From contig NC_068987.1 of assembly GCF_001194135.2 (NCBI RefSeq), positions 3,881,993-3,945,992 on the forward strand: a stretch of DNA of 64,000 nucleotides, in the 5' to 3' direction. The position numbers and the translations under genes are program-made. This DNA is from Octopus bimaculoides (taxonomy: Eukaryota). Every line of letters starts with the position of its first letter. Positions within the stretch are counted from its first letter, which is position 1. Positions 51,101 to 64,000 of this stretch are shown here, one piece after another. The notes beneath the pieces were generated by a model. The model was not told the origin of the DNA, searched no databases, and was given only the letters and a program-made list of their open reading frames with translations.

Positions 51101-51359
51101 TATGAAACTTTCAGGGATATTTGACCTCATGACTAGCAAAAACTGATTAGATTTTTGGGATCAATCCAGTACCAGACAAGGATTCCGGATTATTTTTCCT
51201 GTTTTTTTTACTTAATTTTTGAGAGCAGTCAGGTTCATTTTTAGTTTGCGAGAGCAGTCGAGATTATTTCAGACATTCTAATTTTAAAAATCATCTCTGG
51301 CTAAATGTTGAGAGGACGTTGGTGTTGCCCTGGCAGAGGTCTGTGCTCTCTAAGTGCTC

Positions 51360-51402
<43 letters not shown>

Positions 51403-51598
51403 AAACAGTTTGATTTGATCTGTGCATCTTAGTTTCATAGGTTTCTTTCAGGTATCTGAGCCCAATAAGCTAGGTTTCAATAAGAAGCCTGTGACACTTT
51501 AAGTAGCATGGGGCCAAATCAAAATGCTTTAAATAGTAGTATACGTAACTCCTACTAATTGTGTTGAGGGCCTTTTGCTTTCATTTGTCCACTTGCCC

Positions 51599-51630
<32 letters not shown>

Positions 51631-52301
51631 ACGCGTGTGCTTGTGAAAATATGTCGTTGGTGCACCTACAGTTTTAAATGAAATGTAAACAAATATCTGT
51701 GTCTCTCCTTGGGTGGAAAAATGTTTGTCTTGATTGGTTTCATTTCTATTTGGAGATTCATTGGAAAACAAGTTCTTACATTTTCGGCCCATGAAGAAAC
51801 TGTTTATGTTAAATAGAAACCAAAACTCAACTGGAATGAGCAATCTAATTCACTCAATAGTACAAATCCATCGCCATCATCATCATCATTATTCAATATC
51901 CATTTTCCATGCAGGCATGGGTTGGACGGTTTGACAGGATCTTAACAATCAAGCTTCACTGTCAGCTTTTTCTTGATAGGGCATTTATTTCTGATCCAAT
52001 TGTTTATTCCTCAAACTCACATATTCATGTATTTGTGTGCAAGTGATACTAAAAGTCAAGACTGGTTTTATGACAGGGTTTACAAGTAAAAGGGCCAATA
52101 ATTTATATTCTGTCTCTGGGAAACACGATATCTCAACTAACTGTAAATAGTTCCTCTTTGCTCACTACAAACACAACAAAGGGGCTGAGTAACAAAGAAA
52201 TGTTTTATTAGTTTGCAACAACACTAAGTTTGACTCCTACCCTGAAGGCATTGGGGAAGCTACACCTGGGTATCCTCTATTTAAATCAGTACTCATTGAC
52301 T

Positions 52302-52495
52302 TACCGTATTTGATGGTATATAAGATGCACATTTTTTCTCAAAAAAGTCTCAAAATAAGTCTCACCCCAGGTCTTAAATGTGAAGTTGGGTCTCTCAAAG
52401 CTTTAATGTACCAAAACTTTTTTCTCTAAGTATGCGCTGCTGAAATGGCTGCATCTAATATCCCTGTGCATCTCTTATGCCATTAAATATGGTTA
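52302..52495. mobile_element. Tc1/mariner-type MITE (second family)
   Basis: taccgtatttgatggtatataagatgcac / gtgcatctcttatgccattaaatatggtta imperfect TIRs. Confidence 0.5.
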
Positions 52496-52759
52496 TTTTT
52501 CTGAATATTTTCTTTTATTATTTTACTGATTTCTATCATTATGAGGTGTCACCTCCAAGGGATTTGGTCAATTATGCCAACATAGTTTCTTAGTCTGATC
52601 TCAAATGGCTACATAGTTCTGTTCCTTTTGAAAATTATCTTCCTTATATGAATTTACCATTGCTTATAGTGATGAATTATATGTGACTATTGACGATTTA
52701 AAGTCTATTCTCAGCATATTTGGCAGAGGAATTTTTTTCTTTTGCCCTTATTTATAAAG

Positions 52760-52926
52760 TACCCTATTTTAACTTGTATAAGGAACTGCCTAATTTTTAG
52801 GGCTTAAAATTTGGAAAAAAAGCTTTTGTAAGGGATTATAATACTATCCATATATAACAAACTCCCATATCTTTTTAACCTAATTTTGAACAAAAAAGGG
52901 TTCCTTATACACATTAGAATACGGTA
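52760..52926. mobile_element. Tc1/mariner (pogo/Tigger-like) MITE, copy of 1216-1385
   Basis: TA-flanked; TIR ccctattttaacttgtataaggaac / gttccttatacacattagaatacgg; interior nearly colinear with 1216-1385. Confidence 0.75.
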
Positions 52927-53245
52927 GTTTGCAAGACAAGACCCCTTAATTGAGTAAAGTGTAGTATTAAGGGAAGTGGTTAATGCCAGGTGTTGAGCAG
53001 CAAGAGTATGATAGAGGGACTCAGATGGTAATATTTGTCTTGGGTAAAGCATAAAAGTACCAGTTAAACACCAGGGTCAATGTAATCAACTTGCCTTTCT
53101 CCCCCGAAATTGCTGGCCTTGTGCCAAAACTTGAAACCAGTATTTGTCTTGAGGCTGTTTTGGGAAACAAGAAAAGTGAGGGCAGTTGATGGCCATTTGA
53201 GCACATTTAGTAACCAAATCCTTCCACAAAACTGAATTATTTACA

Positions 53246-53710
53246 CTTGTTGTTAACACGTTTCAGTTGGTATACCCTCCAGCCTTCATCAGGTATCTTG
53301 GGGAAATTTCGAACCTGGGTTCTCATTCCTAAGGTATTTTTCAATGTTGTTGTTGTTATTATTATTCAGGTCACTGCCTGGAATCAAACTCGGAATCTTG
53401 GGGTTAGTAGCCCACGCTCTTAACTACTATGCCACATGCCCGTGCGTAATGGTTAAGAGCACAGGCTACTAACCCTAAGATTCCGAGTTTAATTCCAGGT
53501 AGTGACCTGAATAATAATAATAATAATGATAATAATAACATTGAAAAATACCTTAGGAATGGGAACCCCAGTTCGAAATTTCCCCCTAGAAACCTGAAGA
53601 AGGCTGGAGTGTATATCAGCCGAAACATGTTAACAACAAGCAAGAGGAGGACAAATATCCGTCAAACGTAAATAATGTACATAATTCCTCATCTCTTAAA
53701 TATAGAACTG
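53246..53710. mobile_element. Head-to-head inverted pair of the tRNA-head/hammerhead-tail element
   Basis: 53246-53441 is the reverse complement of 53442-53640 with essentially no spacer; the forward copy continues to aatatagaactg at about 53710. Confidence 0.85.
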
Positions 53711-55480
53711 TCTTATAGCAATATCCTTGTTTGTTATAATATCTGGCCCTGAGTTTTCCCGTTTGCTAGTCTCTTTAAACGTGGTTCCACTACTGCGTTT
53801 GCACTCTGCTCTAGTTCCGCATCCTTTTGGTTTCGTTTTAACATTTCTTTTCCCTCCTTATAGATTTTCTTTAGATTTCAATTTTTCCAGTGCGTTTTGA
53901 CAGAAATTGCACTGTTACACTTTGAAGAAGCTACAATAGACTGATATAGGGTCCTTAACGAGAAGATTATTCAGCATCTTGCCTTTGATTTGTCATATTT
54001 TAATCTTTCAGCCGGGACTGTCAGTTGTTGTTTCAGCTTCTCTCGTTAATAATTGTTTCAAATTTTGTGTTTTTCAATCTTTTTTTTTTTTTGTTTAACG
54101 TTTCTTGTATTTGTTTGTTGTTTTGCGACTGTATTGTCTGTGTTTCTACTTCATAACTGCTACAATCTGTCAAATGTCTCTTCATTGAAATAAAATTTTA
54201 TATTTTAAGTTACATCCCTGCCCTGGCTCAAAACATGTTTACCTATGTCTTCATCATGTTGCTTAAGCTCCTTGCAATGAGTTTATGATCTGATTGCTAA
54301 CACACACACACACACACACACACACATCAGGTTGCTTAATGTCTGAAATGCTATACTTACGCTCTTGAACTGAGTGCTATCCAGGTAGTTTCCTGCTATT
54401 TCATTCACTTTAGCCATCTCTAGTTTGGAAAACATCTTCTTGTATTTGTCATCATCATCATCATCATTGGAAGATCCATGGACCACACTGGCATGGATTG
54501 GATGTTTCACTAGAACCAATGAACCCAAGGACTGCTTTGCCATGGTTTCTATGGCTGGATGACCTGCCTAATGCCAACCACTTTTATAGCTTGCATTGGG
54601 TGTTTTTTACGTAGCACCAGCAGTGGTGAGGACCCTATGCAGTTTGCAGGACTATGAACCCTGAAGGGAGGGGTGCAACTTTAAGCTAGGGGATGAGAAG
54701 TATAGAAGAAAAGGGCCAGACCAGAAGAGGTTTCTTGCAGTAGAGGGGTTACATGACTCCTCACAGTTTAGGAGAGTGGGTGGGGATGATTGATTTGAGG
54801 GGCAGAGCAATATGAATATCGTCAATGATTCCTGTCGGTTCCAACATATCTGAAGTCCTGCATAAATGTTAAAGAGATTTTTTTTATATTCCTCTATATT
54901 TCAACCATGGTTTGGAATTTAAGATGAGTTTCCATTGACCATGGCAGGGTGCATCTAGCTTCAGTGATACTGCTGTCTCATTCTACATGTATATTTGTAT
55001 GTGTGTAGGCATGGATATCCAGAGATATATTTCTCTCCTAGGCAGGTTAGAAGCCCATGTCTGGCCCTTACATTCCATTTGTGGCATGGTTTTTTTGACT
55101 GGATGTCTTCCCTAGCACCGGTCTCTCCCTCTGTAGAGTGTTTTGCTCTGTATTTTGCTATGGCATCAGTACTAGAGATGCTGTCATGTCCTGAACCAAA
55201 CTGAGTTGTCCTCTCTATACCATGATGTGTCTTTTCTGTCAGCAGCTACTTATACAGAGTGTATTGAGGCCATTTTATTGTGGGGGACCAACCCTGGAGG
55301 GATTGCCTAGTTCCCTGCAACACTGAAGAGCCCACTCAATGCAGCCTCCTCTCTTTCAAAGCAAACACGAATAGGAATGATGCTAATAAAGGTCAAAGGG
55401 GAAAGAATATGAGAGTGTGATAGGGGACAAACACAGTGATACGATGGCAGGGAAAGGAGAGAAAGAGAGACTGACATCTA

Positions 55481-56040
55481 CGAGGGTGAGTGAAAAAGTA
55501 ATGCCATTTTGTTTAGGACAGGTATAATTACCAACACAGGAACATGTATCATACATCAAAATGAAGCTGGTCCTCTGTGGATCACATCCCTTCTTCTCAA
55601 CATAGTCACCGTTTCTCTCAATAGCAATGTTCCACCTTCGAATGAGAGCATGTATCCTTGCCCCGTAAAATTCTGTTGACTGTTCTTTGAGCCACTTCTT
55701 CACTACAGTTTTCACTTCCTCGTCTCTGGAATAATGTTTGCCCCTCAAACTCTCTTTCATGGCACCGAAGAGATGATAGTCTGAAGACGCTAAATCTGGT
55801 GAGTTATGGAGGTAGTGAAGAATTGGCTCAAAGAACAGTCAACGGAATTTTACGGGGCAGGGATACATGCTCTCATTCGAAGGTGAAACATTGCTATTGA
55901 GAGAAATGGTGACTATGTTGAGAAGTAGGGATGTGATCCACAGAGGACCAGCTTCATTTTGATGTATGATACATGTTCCTGTGTTGGTAATTATAAACAA
56001 AGTCCTAAACAAAATGGCATCACTTTTTGACTCATCCTCG
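55481..56040. mobile_element. Fold-back mariner derivative built from two transposase 3' ends
   Basis: TA at 55479-55480 and 56041-56042; arms 55481-55706 and 55812-56040 are reverse complements; the minus strand encodes SPDLASSDYHLFGAMKESLRGKHYSRDEEVKTVVKKWLKEQSTEFY...IERNGDYVEK (mariner YSPDLAPSD motif). Confidence 0.92.
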
Positions 56041-57769
56041 TACATATTGGTTGTTGGTAGGAAGCTGACTTGAAACCAGTGTGGGCAGTGTGATGGGTTA
56101 GCGATAAAGGTATGTCAGGGTAAGAGAAGAGGAGTAATGGATAGTAAGAGAGAAGCGTGAATAAGAATAACAGGTGTCAACTAAAAGTCGCTTAGAGGGA
56201 GAGAGAGAATGATGGAGGAGGTAGAGAGTAAAGGTAACAAATATGGACTATACCATTATTGTCCCCTGTTATGATGTATAAGAGACAGAGAGATGGAGGG
56301 GTGACAGTGGAAGGATCGAATACTGACAGGTCAAATGCCATCCCTTGTTACACAACTGATGCAGCGAGTGGGAGATGAAGTGGTTTGATTGTGTTACTGT
56401 CTCCTTGCCTTGATACCTGAAAATGAAAGTCACTCTCATGCGAATGGTGTTCTTCATTTCCAATCTTCCATGAAAACATGTCTGGTCTTGGGGAAATGTT
56501 ATTTTGCTTGGAAACTGATGAGAGTTGGCAACAGGAAAGGCACCCAAACAACAAATTCCATCCAACCATGCAAGAATGTAAAAGTGGATGTTAAAGAAGC
56601 GATGGTGTTGATGATAACTCTATAAATATACTCACTCATATTCATGTGCATACGTTGATTGGCAACCACATGGTTCCAGGTTCAGTCCCACTGCATGGCA
56701 CCTTGTATAAGTGTTTTCTACTATAGCCTTAGGCTGACCAAAGCCTCGAGTGTGAATTTGCTACACAGAAACTGTAAAGAAGCCCATCATATATGTGTGT
56801 GTGTGTGTGTTTGTATATCCTTGTCTTAGCATAGAATGCTAATTGTAAAGACATGTGACCATCATATAAGCAATGTTGCTTGTTTGCAATCTTCCGTGAA
56901 AACATGTCTGGCCATTGTACAGTTTCATGTTCAAAGGACTTGGAGAAATATTACCATATATGGAAATGGTTGAGGGTTGGTGACAGAAAGAGCCTCTAAA
57001 TAGAAAATTTAGCTCACCGAAGTTTATCTGACTCATGCAGGCAGAGAAAAATAGGCATTAAAATGATTATGATGTTTTTAATGATGATGATGATGCTTTG
57101 TATATATCAACACACACACGAACTATCCAGCTGTAAAGCCCAGTCTACAGCTATTTGTTAGTTAACTTTTTATCTCTCCACCCACCTATCCATCCAATAT
57201 GCCCACCTAGCCTCCCTCCCAGTCTATTTCCACATCATCACTACCATTTTCGTCATCACCATCATCATTATTGTCATCATCATCATCATCATCAACATCA
57301 CAACCACCATCATCATGACCATATCTGTTTTCCCATGCTTGTATGGTTGGACAAGTCTTTTCATACCCAGGATTTACCACCACCACTGCTGCTTCTACCT
57401 TTGTTTCGTCTGGTCTTCCTCTTCCGCAAACTCTTTCAATTTGGATTTCTTGTCACTTCCTCACCCGTCCCCTTCCTCCTCCTCCTCCTCCACCACAAGG
57501 CCATACCATTGCAGTCTTTTTCTCTTGCACAATATATCTGAGAGCTGTTATCACTGATCTGATCGATAGAGTGCAACAGAGATCAGAAAGTGCTCCACCG
57601 ATGGATCAGAGAGAAGAGAGAGAGAGAGATGGTTGTGTGAAAGACAAGGAGGCTGGGACATGAGATCACGAGATGCTTGGGGGGGGGGATGGGATGGAGA
57701 GAAATGGGTTGAAAGAGAGAGAGGGGTGTGTCATATGAGGGAAGGAAAGACAATAGGCCCACCCAGCCT

Positions 57770-58040
57770 CCCCACAACCTCACCATTGTTGTCGTCATCG
57801 TCATCATTACAATCATTGTTGTCATCAGTTATCATCGTTGTCATCAGTTATCATCATTGTCGTCATCACATCATCATTACAATCGTCATCATTCTAGTCA
57901 TCACCATTATTATCATTACAATCATCGTTGTCGTCGTCATAACGATCATCATTACCAATCATCATTGTCATCACTGTCATCATCATTACAGTCATCATTG
58001 TTGTCGTCACCATCATCATCATCATCATCACCACTACCAT
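57770..58040. repeat. Degenerate (CAT)n/(CGT)n trinucleotide tract
   Basis: About 270 bp of cat/cgt/tgt units; a shorter tract lies at 57230-57320. Confidence 0.9.
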
Positions 58041-59041
58041 CGAATCCAGTGCTTTGTCTTCGTAGCTGAAAGAAGACACCTAAAAATGACTCTCTTTCTT
58101 CCTCTCATTCTCTCTCTGCCTTTCTCTCTCACACTGTGTGTGTGTGTTTGTGAAAGTGTTTTGCCTTTCAGAGACAATGGGACAAAGACAATGAGAGGGA
58201 GAGAGTTGATGGTTTATGTATGTTGAAGAATGGCGGGGGGAGAGATCACTTTTTTTTTTTTTTTTGCACCTTGGGCCAACCAAAACCTTGTGAGTGGATT
58301 TGTTAGGTTGAAACTGAGAGGAGCCTGTTATGTTTGTATGTGTTTCTGTCCCCTTGCTTTGTCATCTCATGATAGCTGTCATCACATGACATATTTCTGT
58401 CATGCAAGCATTTTAAATATTTTTCTTCATATTGCCTTCAAGAGGAAGGGCATTGCTTATAGCCTAGAGAACAGAATGATGTTGGAGCAACAAGCGAAGG
58501 AGGATGGATAAGATTGGTTTAAGTTGATGTGGCAGTCTAACATAGAAATATATATACACAAACATGACAAGAATACTAATTCCTGAAGGTTTAAGCATCT
58601 TTGGAATATGAAGCTTTGGATGATGTTTGGTGTGAGGGAAGAGACAATGGTTGATGCAGGGTTTCTGTTTGAATAGAGTATGGAGTACATTGAAACAAAG
58701 ATTGCAGAGGATGTTCGTGACAGCAGCAGTAAAGAAGTTCTTTCACTTTCTTCTACTTGTTTCAGTCATTTGGCTGCGGCCATGCTGGAGCACCGCCTTT
58801 AGTCGAACAAATTGACCCCCAGGACTTACTCTTTGTAAGCTTAATACTTATTCTGTCGGTCTCTTTTGTTGAACCACTAAGTTATGGGGGACGTAAACGC
58901 ACCAACATCAGTTGTCAAGCAATGGTTAGGGGACAAACACAGACACACAAATACATCTGGAGCCTAGTGCTGCCTCCTGGTTTCCCAGACCCCAGTTGAA
59001 CCATCCAACCCATGCTAGCATGGAAAACGGACGTTAAACGA

Positions 59042-59072
<31 letters not shown>

Positions 59073-59954
59073 CGATGGGCTTCTTTCAGTTTCTGTCTAC
59101 CAAATCCACTCACAAGGCTTTGGTTGGCCTGAGGTTATAGCAGAAGACACTTGCCCAAGGTGCCACACAGTGAGACTAAACCCAGAACCATGTGGTTGGG
59201 AAGCAAGCGTCTTACCACAGAGCCACTCCTGCACCTATCAATGAGATTTCTTTTAACAGTAGCACCATTACCATTATTGGATATTTTGAAACCAGTGGAA
59301 ATGGTAAGTTTAACATTTGGATGGAGTGAAAGAGAGTAATTAATTTGGGAATCTTTCTTTGAATTATGTGAACATGAACCTTTTACTAGAAATGAATAAC
59401 TTTAATGATGTTTCTAAGTATTTCTTTTTTGTCTCCTCTAGTGGAGAGTGTTCATTTATGGGTGAGGGGTTTAGTGTAATGTTAGAGCTTGTGAAGTTAG
59501 TATTTGAGAAGTTGTTGGATTTAAAAGAAGAGAAGGGGCTGGTTTCTTGTAATCTGCAGAAGAGTAAAGTAAATTATCAGGCATTTCATTTGTTCTGAGT
59601 AATATGAAATCCCAAGTTTTTCTGGTGGTTGAAACGAAACTGGGAATGTGTGTCGTGTGTATGATGCATGAATAACGAGGAAATACATTCCTGTGTATTG
59701 TGTATAACAGGACAGGCAAAGGAGCTAATGAAGACAACTCCCACCAAAAAAAAATATCAAAAAGTTGATTATTTCATGGACAGAAGATAGGTGGGGATAG
59801 AGAAGATGTTACCAAGATCAGTTAAGCAACCCTAAAAACAAAAATGTTCAAATTGAGGAATGTTTTGGCAGTCGTAGTTGTTTTGTTAATTTTCTAGTTG
59901 CTACATTACATTCAAAATCCTTCCCAATATACATTGCATTTCTTTGTGTTCCAG

Positions 59955-59987
59955 GGAGTAAAACCGGAAATACTGGAGCCAATCAAG
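59955..59987 (+). CDS. TTC17: Candidate 33-nt TTC17 microexon
   Basis: tacattgcatttctttgtgttccag|GGAGTAAAACCGGAAATACTGGAGCCAATCAAG|gtgatt; in phase 1 reads SKTGNTGANQ and joins the phase-1 exon at 63473. No homology support. Confidence 0.35.
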
Positions 59988-60266
59988 GTGATTCAGTGTT
60001 TTTCTGTTTCTCTTAAGTAAAAGATTTTTCTCATCTTTCTTCTCGTGTGTCTTAATATACACCTTGTTTACTCAAGTCCAATATAATCTAAAATATAACA
60101 CAAGCACCCACACTTCTTTTTGCACCCAAAACTCAGTAATATATTTCGTCCATGCATCTTTTCTTTCCATTCAGATATAATGTCCCACGCCTCCACCCAT
60201 TTCCTCCTTGGTGTCTTGTTTGATTGCATATAATGCTTGAGTAAATATGGTGTATGTGTGTATATA

Positions 60267-60300
<34 letters not shown>

Positions 60301-63300
60301 ACATATTACACTGCATCTAGAACCAGCCCTGAGTCAGTTCCACAGTTTAAAATGGATTTGGTACTTACATATCTACTATATCCTACCAACACCTGATGCC
60401 TTCATGGTTGCTTTTCCTCACTGCGAACCCTATGTTATTGTATCTACCCACCTCTGGCACCCTACATGTTGGTGTGTCTGACACACACACATTTAGCGTT
60501 AACTGTCAGAAAAAAAGAGTACTCAATAGCATGGTAGAGCTTAATATATTTTATTTTGGTCAGGCCAGTCTCTGACGAATCTGAGTTCCAGCTGAAGGTC
60601 TTATGTACCTACGAGTAAAACTCAGAGTAGCAAGGGACTGATTTGGCCAAAATAATGTATATATGTCCCTGAGGTAAGAGAGGAGCAAAAGGGCTGAAAA
60701 GTAACTTCTTTATCTTAGGATGATCAATACCTGTTGGATTTCTAGTTGAAAAGATTCTTAAGGTTTCATTCAAGAGCTTTTGACTTGTGGCTCAATGAGC
60801 TGTTAATCAGTTAGGAAGTATTGTCATCCTCTTCGTTGTTGTCACCACCATCATCTTCAGCTTTTGTATGGTTATTTCTTGATGGTAGATATAGCCAAAT
60901 TTTGAAATGGCCCCTTCTTTGGGGTCCAAGCTATGCGACTTCTCTAGTCAGTCAAATATTCTTTTCTACTTTAGGCACAAAGAAGTGGCCAATCGATTAG
61001 ATTGATCCCAGTACATAACTGGTACTTAATTTATTGACCCCAAAAGAATGAAAGGCAAAGTCGACCTCATTCGTAATTTGAACTCAGAACATAAAGACAG
61101 ACGAAATACTGCAAAGCATTTTGCCCAGCGTGCTAACATTTCTGCTTGTTCACCACCTTTCGAGTCAGTCAAATATTGTACAAACAATACATTCATCAAA
61201 TTTGAGGTTAGATCTTTACAAAATTTACTCAACCATCTCCTGTCAGGATCAACAGTGGTGGTCACCTCATTCAATCTTTTGTGAGTTTTATTTTTTTAAA
61301 AAAGCAAGAAAAATGTTTGAAAGGTTTTAAGGTGTTTGCATAATTTGAAGATGTTATTTGGAAGATCATCAGGCTCTGAAGTTGAGTTTCTTCTACTTAA
61401 TCAGCTTATATTAATCCTTTTAATAGCAACCCAGTTAAAACCACTCTTAGTTCTCTGATACTAACTTCCTGTTTTAAAGTGACCTAAATTAAGATCTTCT
61501 TCCATCAAAATTTTGTATCAATTTAGGTTCCAGACTCCAGCTTAATGACAAAGTTATTTTTATGAATGCTTCGTTGCTTTCAAAAGCCATTGGAACAAAA
61601 GCAGCGTCTTTCAACAGGAATTAAAGTATTACACTCTTTGTCAAAGCGCATAGTTTAGTGGTTAGGGTGTTGGGATCATCATCATCATCATCATCATCAT
61701 CATTTGACATCCACTTTCCATGCTGGCATGGGTTGGACGGTTTGATGACTGGCAAGCCAGGAGGCTGCACCAAGCTTCAATCTGATCTGGCAATGTTTCT
61801 ACAGCTGGATGCCCTTCCTAATGCCAACCACTCTGAGAGTGTAGTGGGTGCTCTTTACATGCCACTGACCACACTCAAATGATGCTTTTTACATGCGACC
61901 GGCATGGGAGCCAGACAGGTGGCACTGGCACCGTGATTGTAAGATTGTCGTTTTGATTCCTGGACCATGTGATGGATGCATTGTGTTCTTGAGCAAAACC
62001 TCCATTTCACATTGCTCCAGTCCACTCACCTGGCAAAAAAAGAGTAATCCTACAACTGACCAGTGTCTCATCTAGAGAGGAATATATATATAAGCTAGAG
62101 AAACCAGCCCTCTGCACTTTACAGAGTAATGTGAACTAACCGACTCCCTGTCAAAGTTGTCCTCATTCTTAAGGTCCCATAAAACCTACCTATGCATAAC
62201 CTTTTGTTGGTATGCAAGTATTGCTCTGCCTGATCTTTGTAGGTTACATCTTGGTAAGTTTGGTGGATGGGGTACCTCAACTACTGAATGCTTTTTGCAG
62301 AGTTCACTCCCATCATGCAAGATGTGGCCTTTCTCACATTGGAGGACTTGGTTGATGTCTGTGCTCTACTATAGCTGCTGTCTGAATGTCAAAGGATGCT
62401 TGGATTGATCTAAAGTTTTTTAATCCATCTTTTTTTTGTCACATTATACTTTTTGTAATAGTTCCCTCTTGGTGTCAAGCTGTTAATACCTATGGAGTAG
62501 CTTTCCTTTATAGACCAGTTGAGTATCCCAAATGTTGCTGTCAGTACAGCCTCATCCTCATCACCACCATTTAATGTCAAGGACAAACTTAAATAGTTGA
62601 ATGTAGTTGATACTCTCCAGACGACCACTGACATCTATATTTGGACAGATTGTGTTAGGTGACCTTGCTTCATTGAACATTCTCTATAAGCTTTAAACTA
62701 GCTTTCTTAACCAATTCTCCAACATAATAGTGACTGATAAGCAGGAAAGGGAAAAACAAGAGTGTGAGGATGAACAATTTCTAATTAGTGAAAATAATGA
62801 GAAAGTTTCTCTCGTACACGATGTAGAAAGCCAAGAAATTATTAATTAAAATTTACTCCTTTTGTGATGAGAACAATGAATGGTCTAAATTGTTAGTTCT
62901 GGTCAATGAATGCAAGGGAGACAATCCTGGGGTTTCAATTAATTAAAAGTAATCTAGAATGGAGTGAGAGTGAGCCTGATTTTTAGCCATATAGTAACAA
63001 CTCCCTCCAGATGTATTTCAGTTTTATTATATCTCGTCAGTGAAGCAGAGTCCAGGGCAGTTTTGGGTCTGCCTCTTATACCTCAAAGTGTTACCCCATC
63101 AAAGCATCATCTTGGATGCACTGCTCCCCCCTCCCAGCTACACTACTGCTATCCTCTGTGTCAAGTTTTGGAAGGTTTTTGGTGTCTTGAAAATTTAACC
63201 AATGTTACTACAGCTCTAATTACAATTATTACTTGTGACACCCATTCTCCGGGCAATGTAAAATGGCTGCTGTGAAAGTTACTTTATCGTGAAGTGGTTT

Positions 63301-63472
63301 GTTAGGGTGGATATTGCCCCTCTACAATGTCTTTAAAATAATGCATGACTAATAAGCAACCCATTTGACAGAGTAATGTGAATGTTAAAGGATTAAAGTG
63401 GTGTTAGTGATAAAGCATTACCTGTGTTACCTCTGAATTCATTAATTCATTTGCGATTGTCTTGTTTTCCAG

Positions 63473-63600
63473 ACGATTTCTGTCAAATGACAGATCGACA
63501 TGGTCATCATATACTAGAATGTAATCGGGACCGGAAACCATCTTCCAACTTTGATTTCTCTCTAAGTTCAGAGGATTCATCATCCAACATTGAAACTAAG
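63473..63600 (+). CDS. TTC17: Probable TTC17 internal exon
   Basis: cttgttttccag|AC...AAG|gtaatt; 128 nt with only the phase-1 frame open: (D)DFCQMTDRHGHHILECNRDRKPSSNFDFSLSSEDSSSNIETK; the Cys spacing resembles human QICRLVNQQHSLHCQW at the expected position. Confidence 0.7.
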
Positions 63601-63934
63601 GTAATTATTATTGTATTTCTTTAATTCTAAAGGTAAAAAAAAAAAAAAATCTATGTTGTGGCTGCAGGCATGGCTGTGTAGGTTAAACAGCTTGCTTCCC
63701 AACTATATGCTCTCATGTTCAGTCCCACTGTGAGGCACCTTGGGCAAATGTCTTCTACTATAGTCCTGGACCTACCAGAGTGGATCTGACAGACAGAAAC
63801 TGTGTGGAAGCCTGTCAGAGAAAAGATCAAACTTGTACATTCAATCCTCTTCTCCAGCATTCTTTTGTTTTCTCCATTCTTTCCAACCACTTTTCTTATA
63901 TTAGCATTACAACAAAGATGACAGGAAAATCAAT

Positions 63935-64000
63935 GCAGATGAAAGACTGTGACCTCTGGAGATATGCTGTGGTTGAGAAGACCCGGCAAGTAAAGTGAGA
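63935..64000 (+). mobile_element. RTE LINE extreme 3' end remnant
   Basis: KDCDLWRYAVVEKTRQVK* resembles the RTE terminal DRDxWRxAVxEKT motif. Confidence 0.45.

Noticed and set aside
57633-58226. His/Ile-rich ORFs of up to 197 aa
   Set aside because: Product of the degenerate (CAT)n tract; similar tracts occur throughout the window.
61212-61280. ag|A TCT TTA CAA AAT TTA CTC AAC (R-SLQNLLNHL) resembling the missing TTC17 exon start SLQRTLNEL
   Set aside because: Similarity ends after nine residues, the frame stops at about 61284, and the GTGAGT donor gives phase 2, incompatible with the phase-1 exon at 63473.

Overview
AT-rich, repeat-dense eukaryotic genomic DNA with many N gaps. The SINE and RTE-tail repeat content and dense (CA)/(TA)/(CAT) microsatellites suggest an octopus scaffold (inference). 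Two spliced + strand genes can be assembled by hand. (1) Myotrophin (MTPN): three phase-0 exons at 4637-4747, 9634-9717 and 11418-11504; exon 1 is not visible. (2) TTC17: seven exons from 35084 to 48140, a probable further exon at 63473-63600 and a candidate 33-nt microexon at 59955-59987; the signal-peptide exon and one internal exon are not visible (probably in gaps) and the gene runs off the window. Almost all long ORFs in the supplied track are artefacts of N runs or microsatellites. The rest is transposon-derived: tRNA-head SINEs, (GAT)n-tailed RTE-type repeats with an internal ~66-bp array, RTE remnants, hAT and Tc1/mariner MITEs with TSDs, a Helitron helicase fragment and a CpG-decayed tRNA-His pseudogene. 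Most unusual: a tRNA-headed short element whose tail carries a hammerhead-ribozyme-like core (CUGANGA-A-stem II-GAAAC) and which sits in inverted, Penelope-like configurations at both loci; a fold-back mariner derivative present twice with the same junction; and recurrent tail-to-tail repeat pairs that could form dsRNA.
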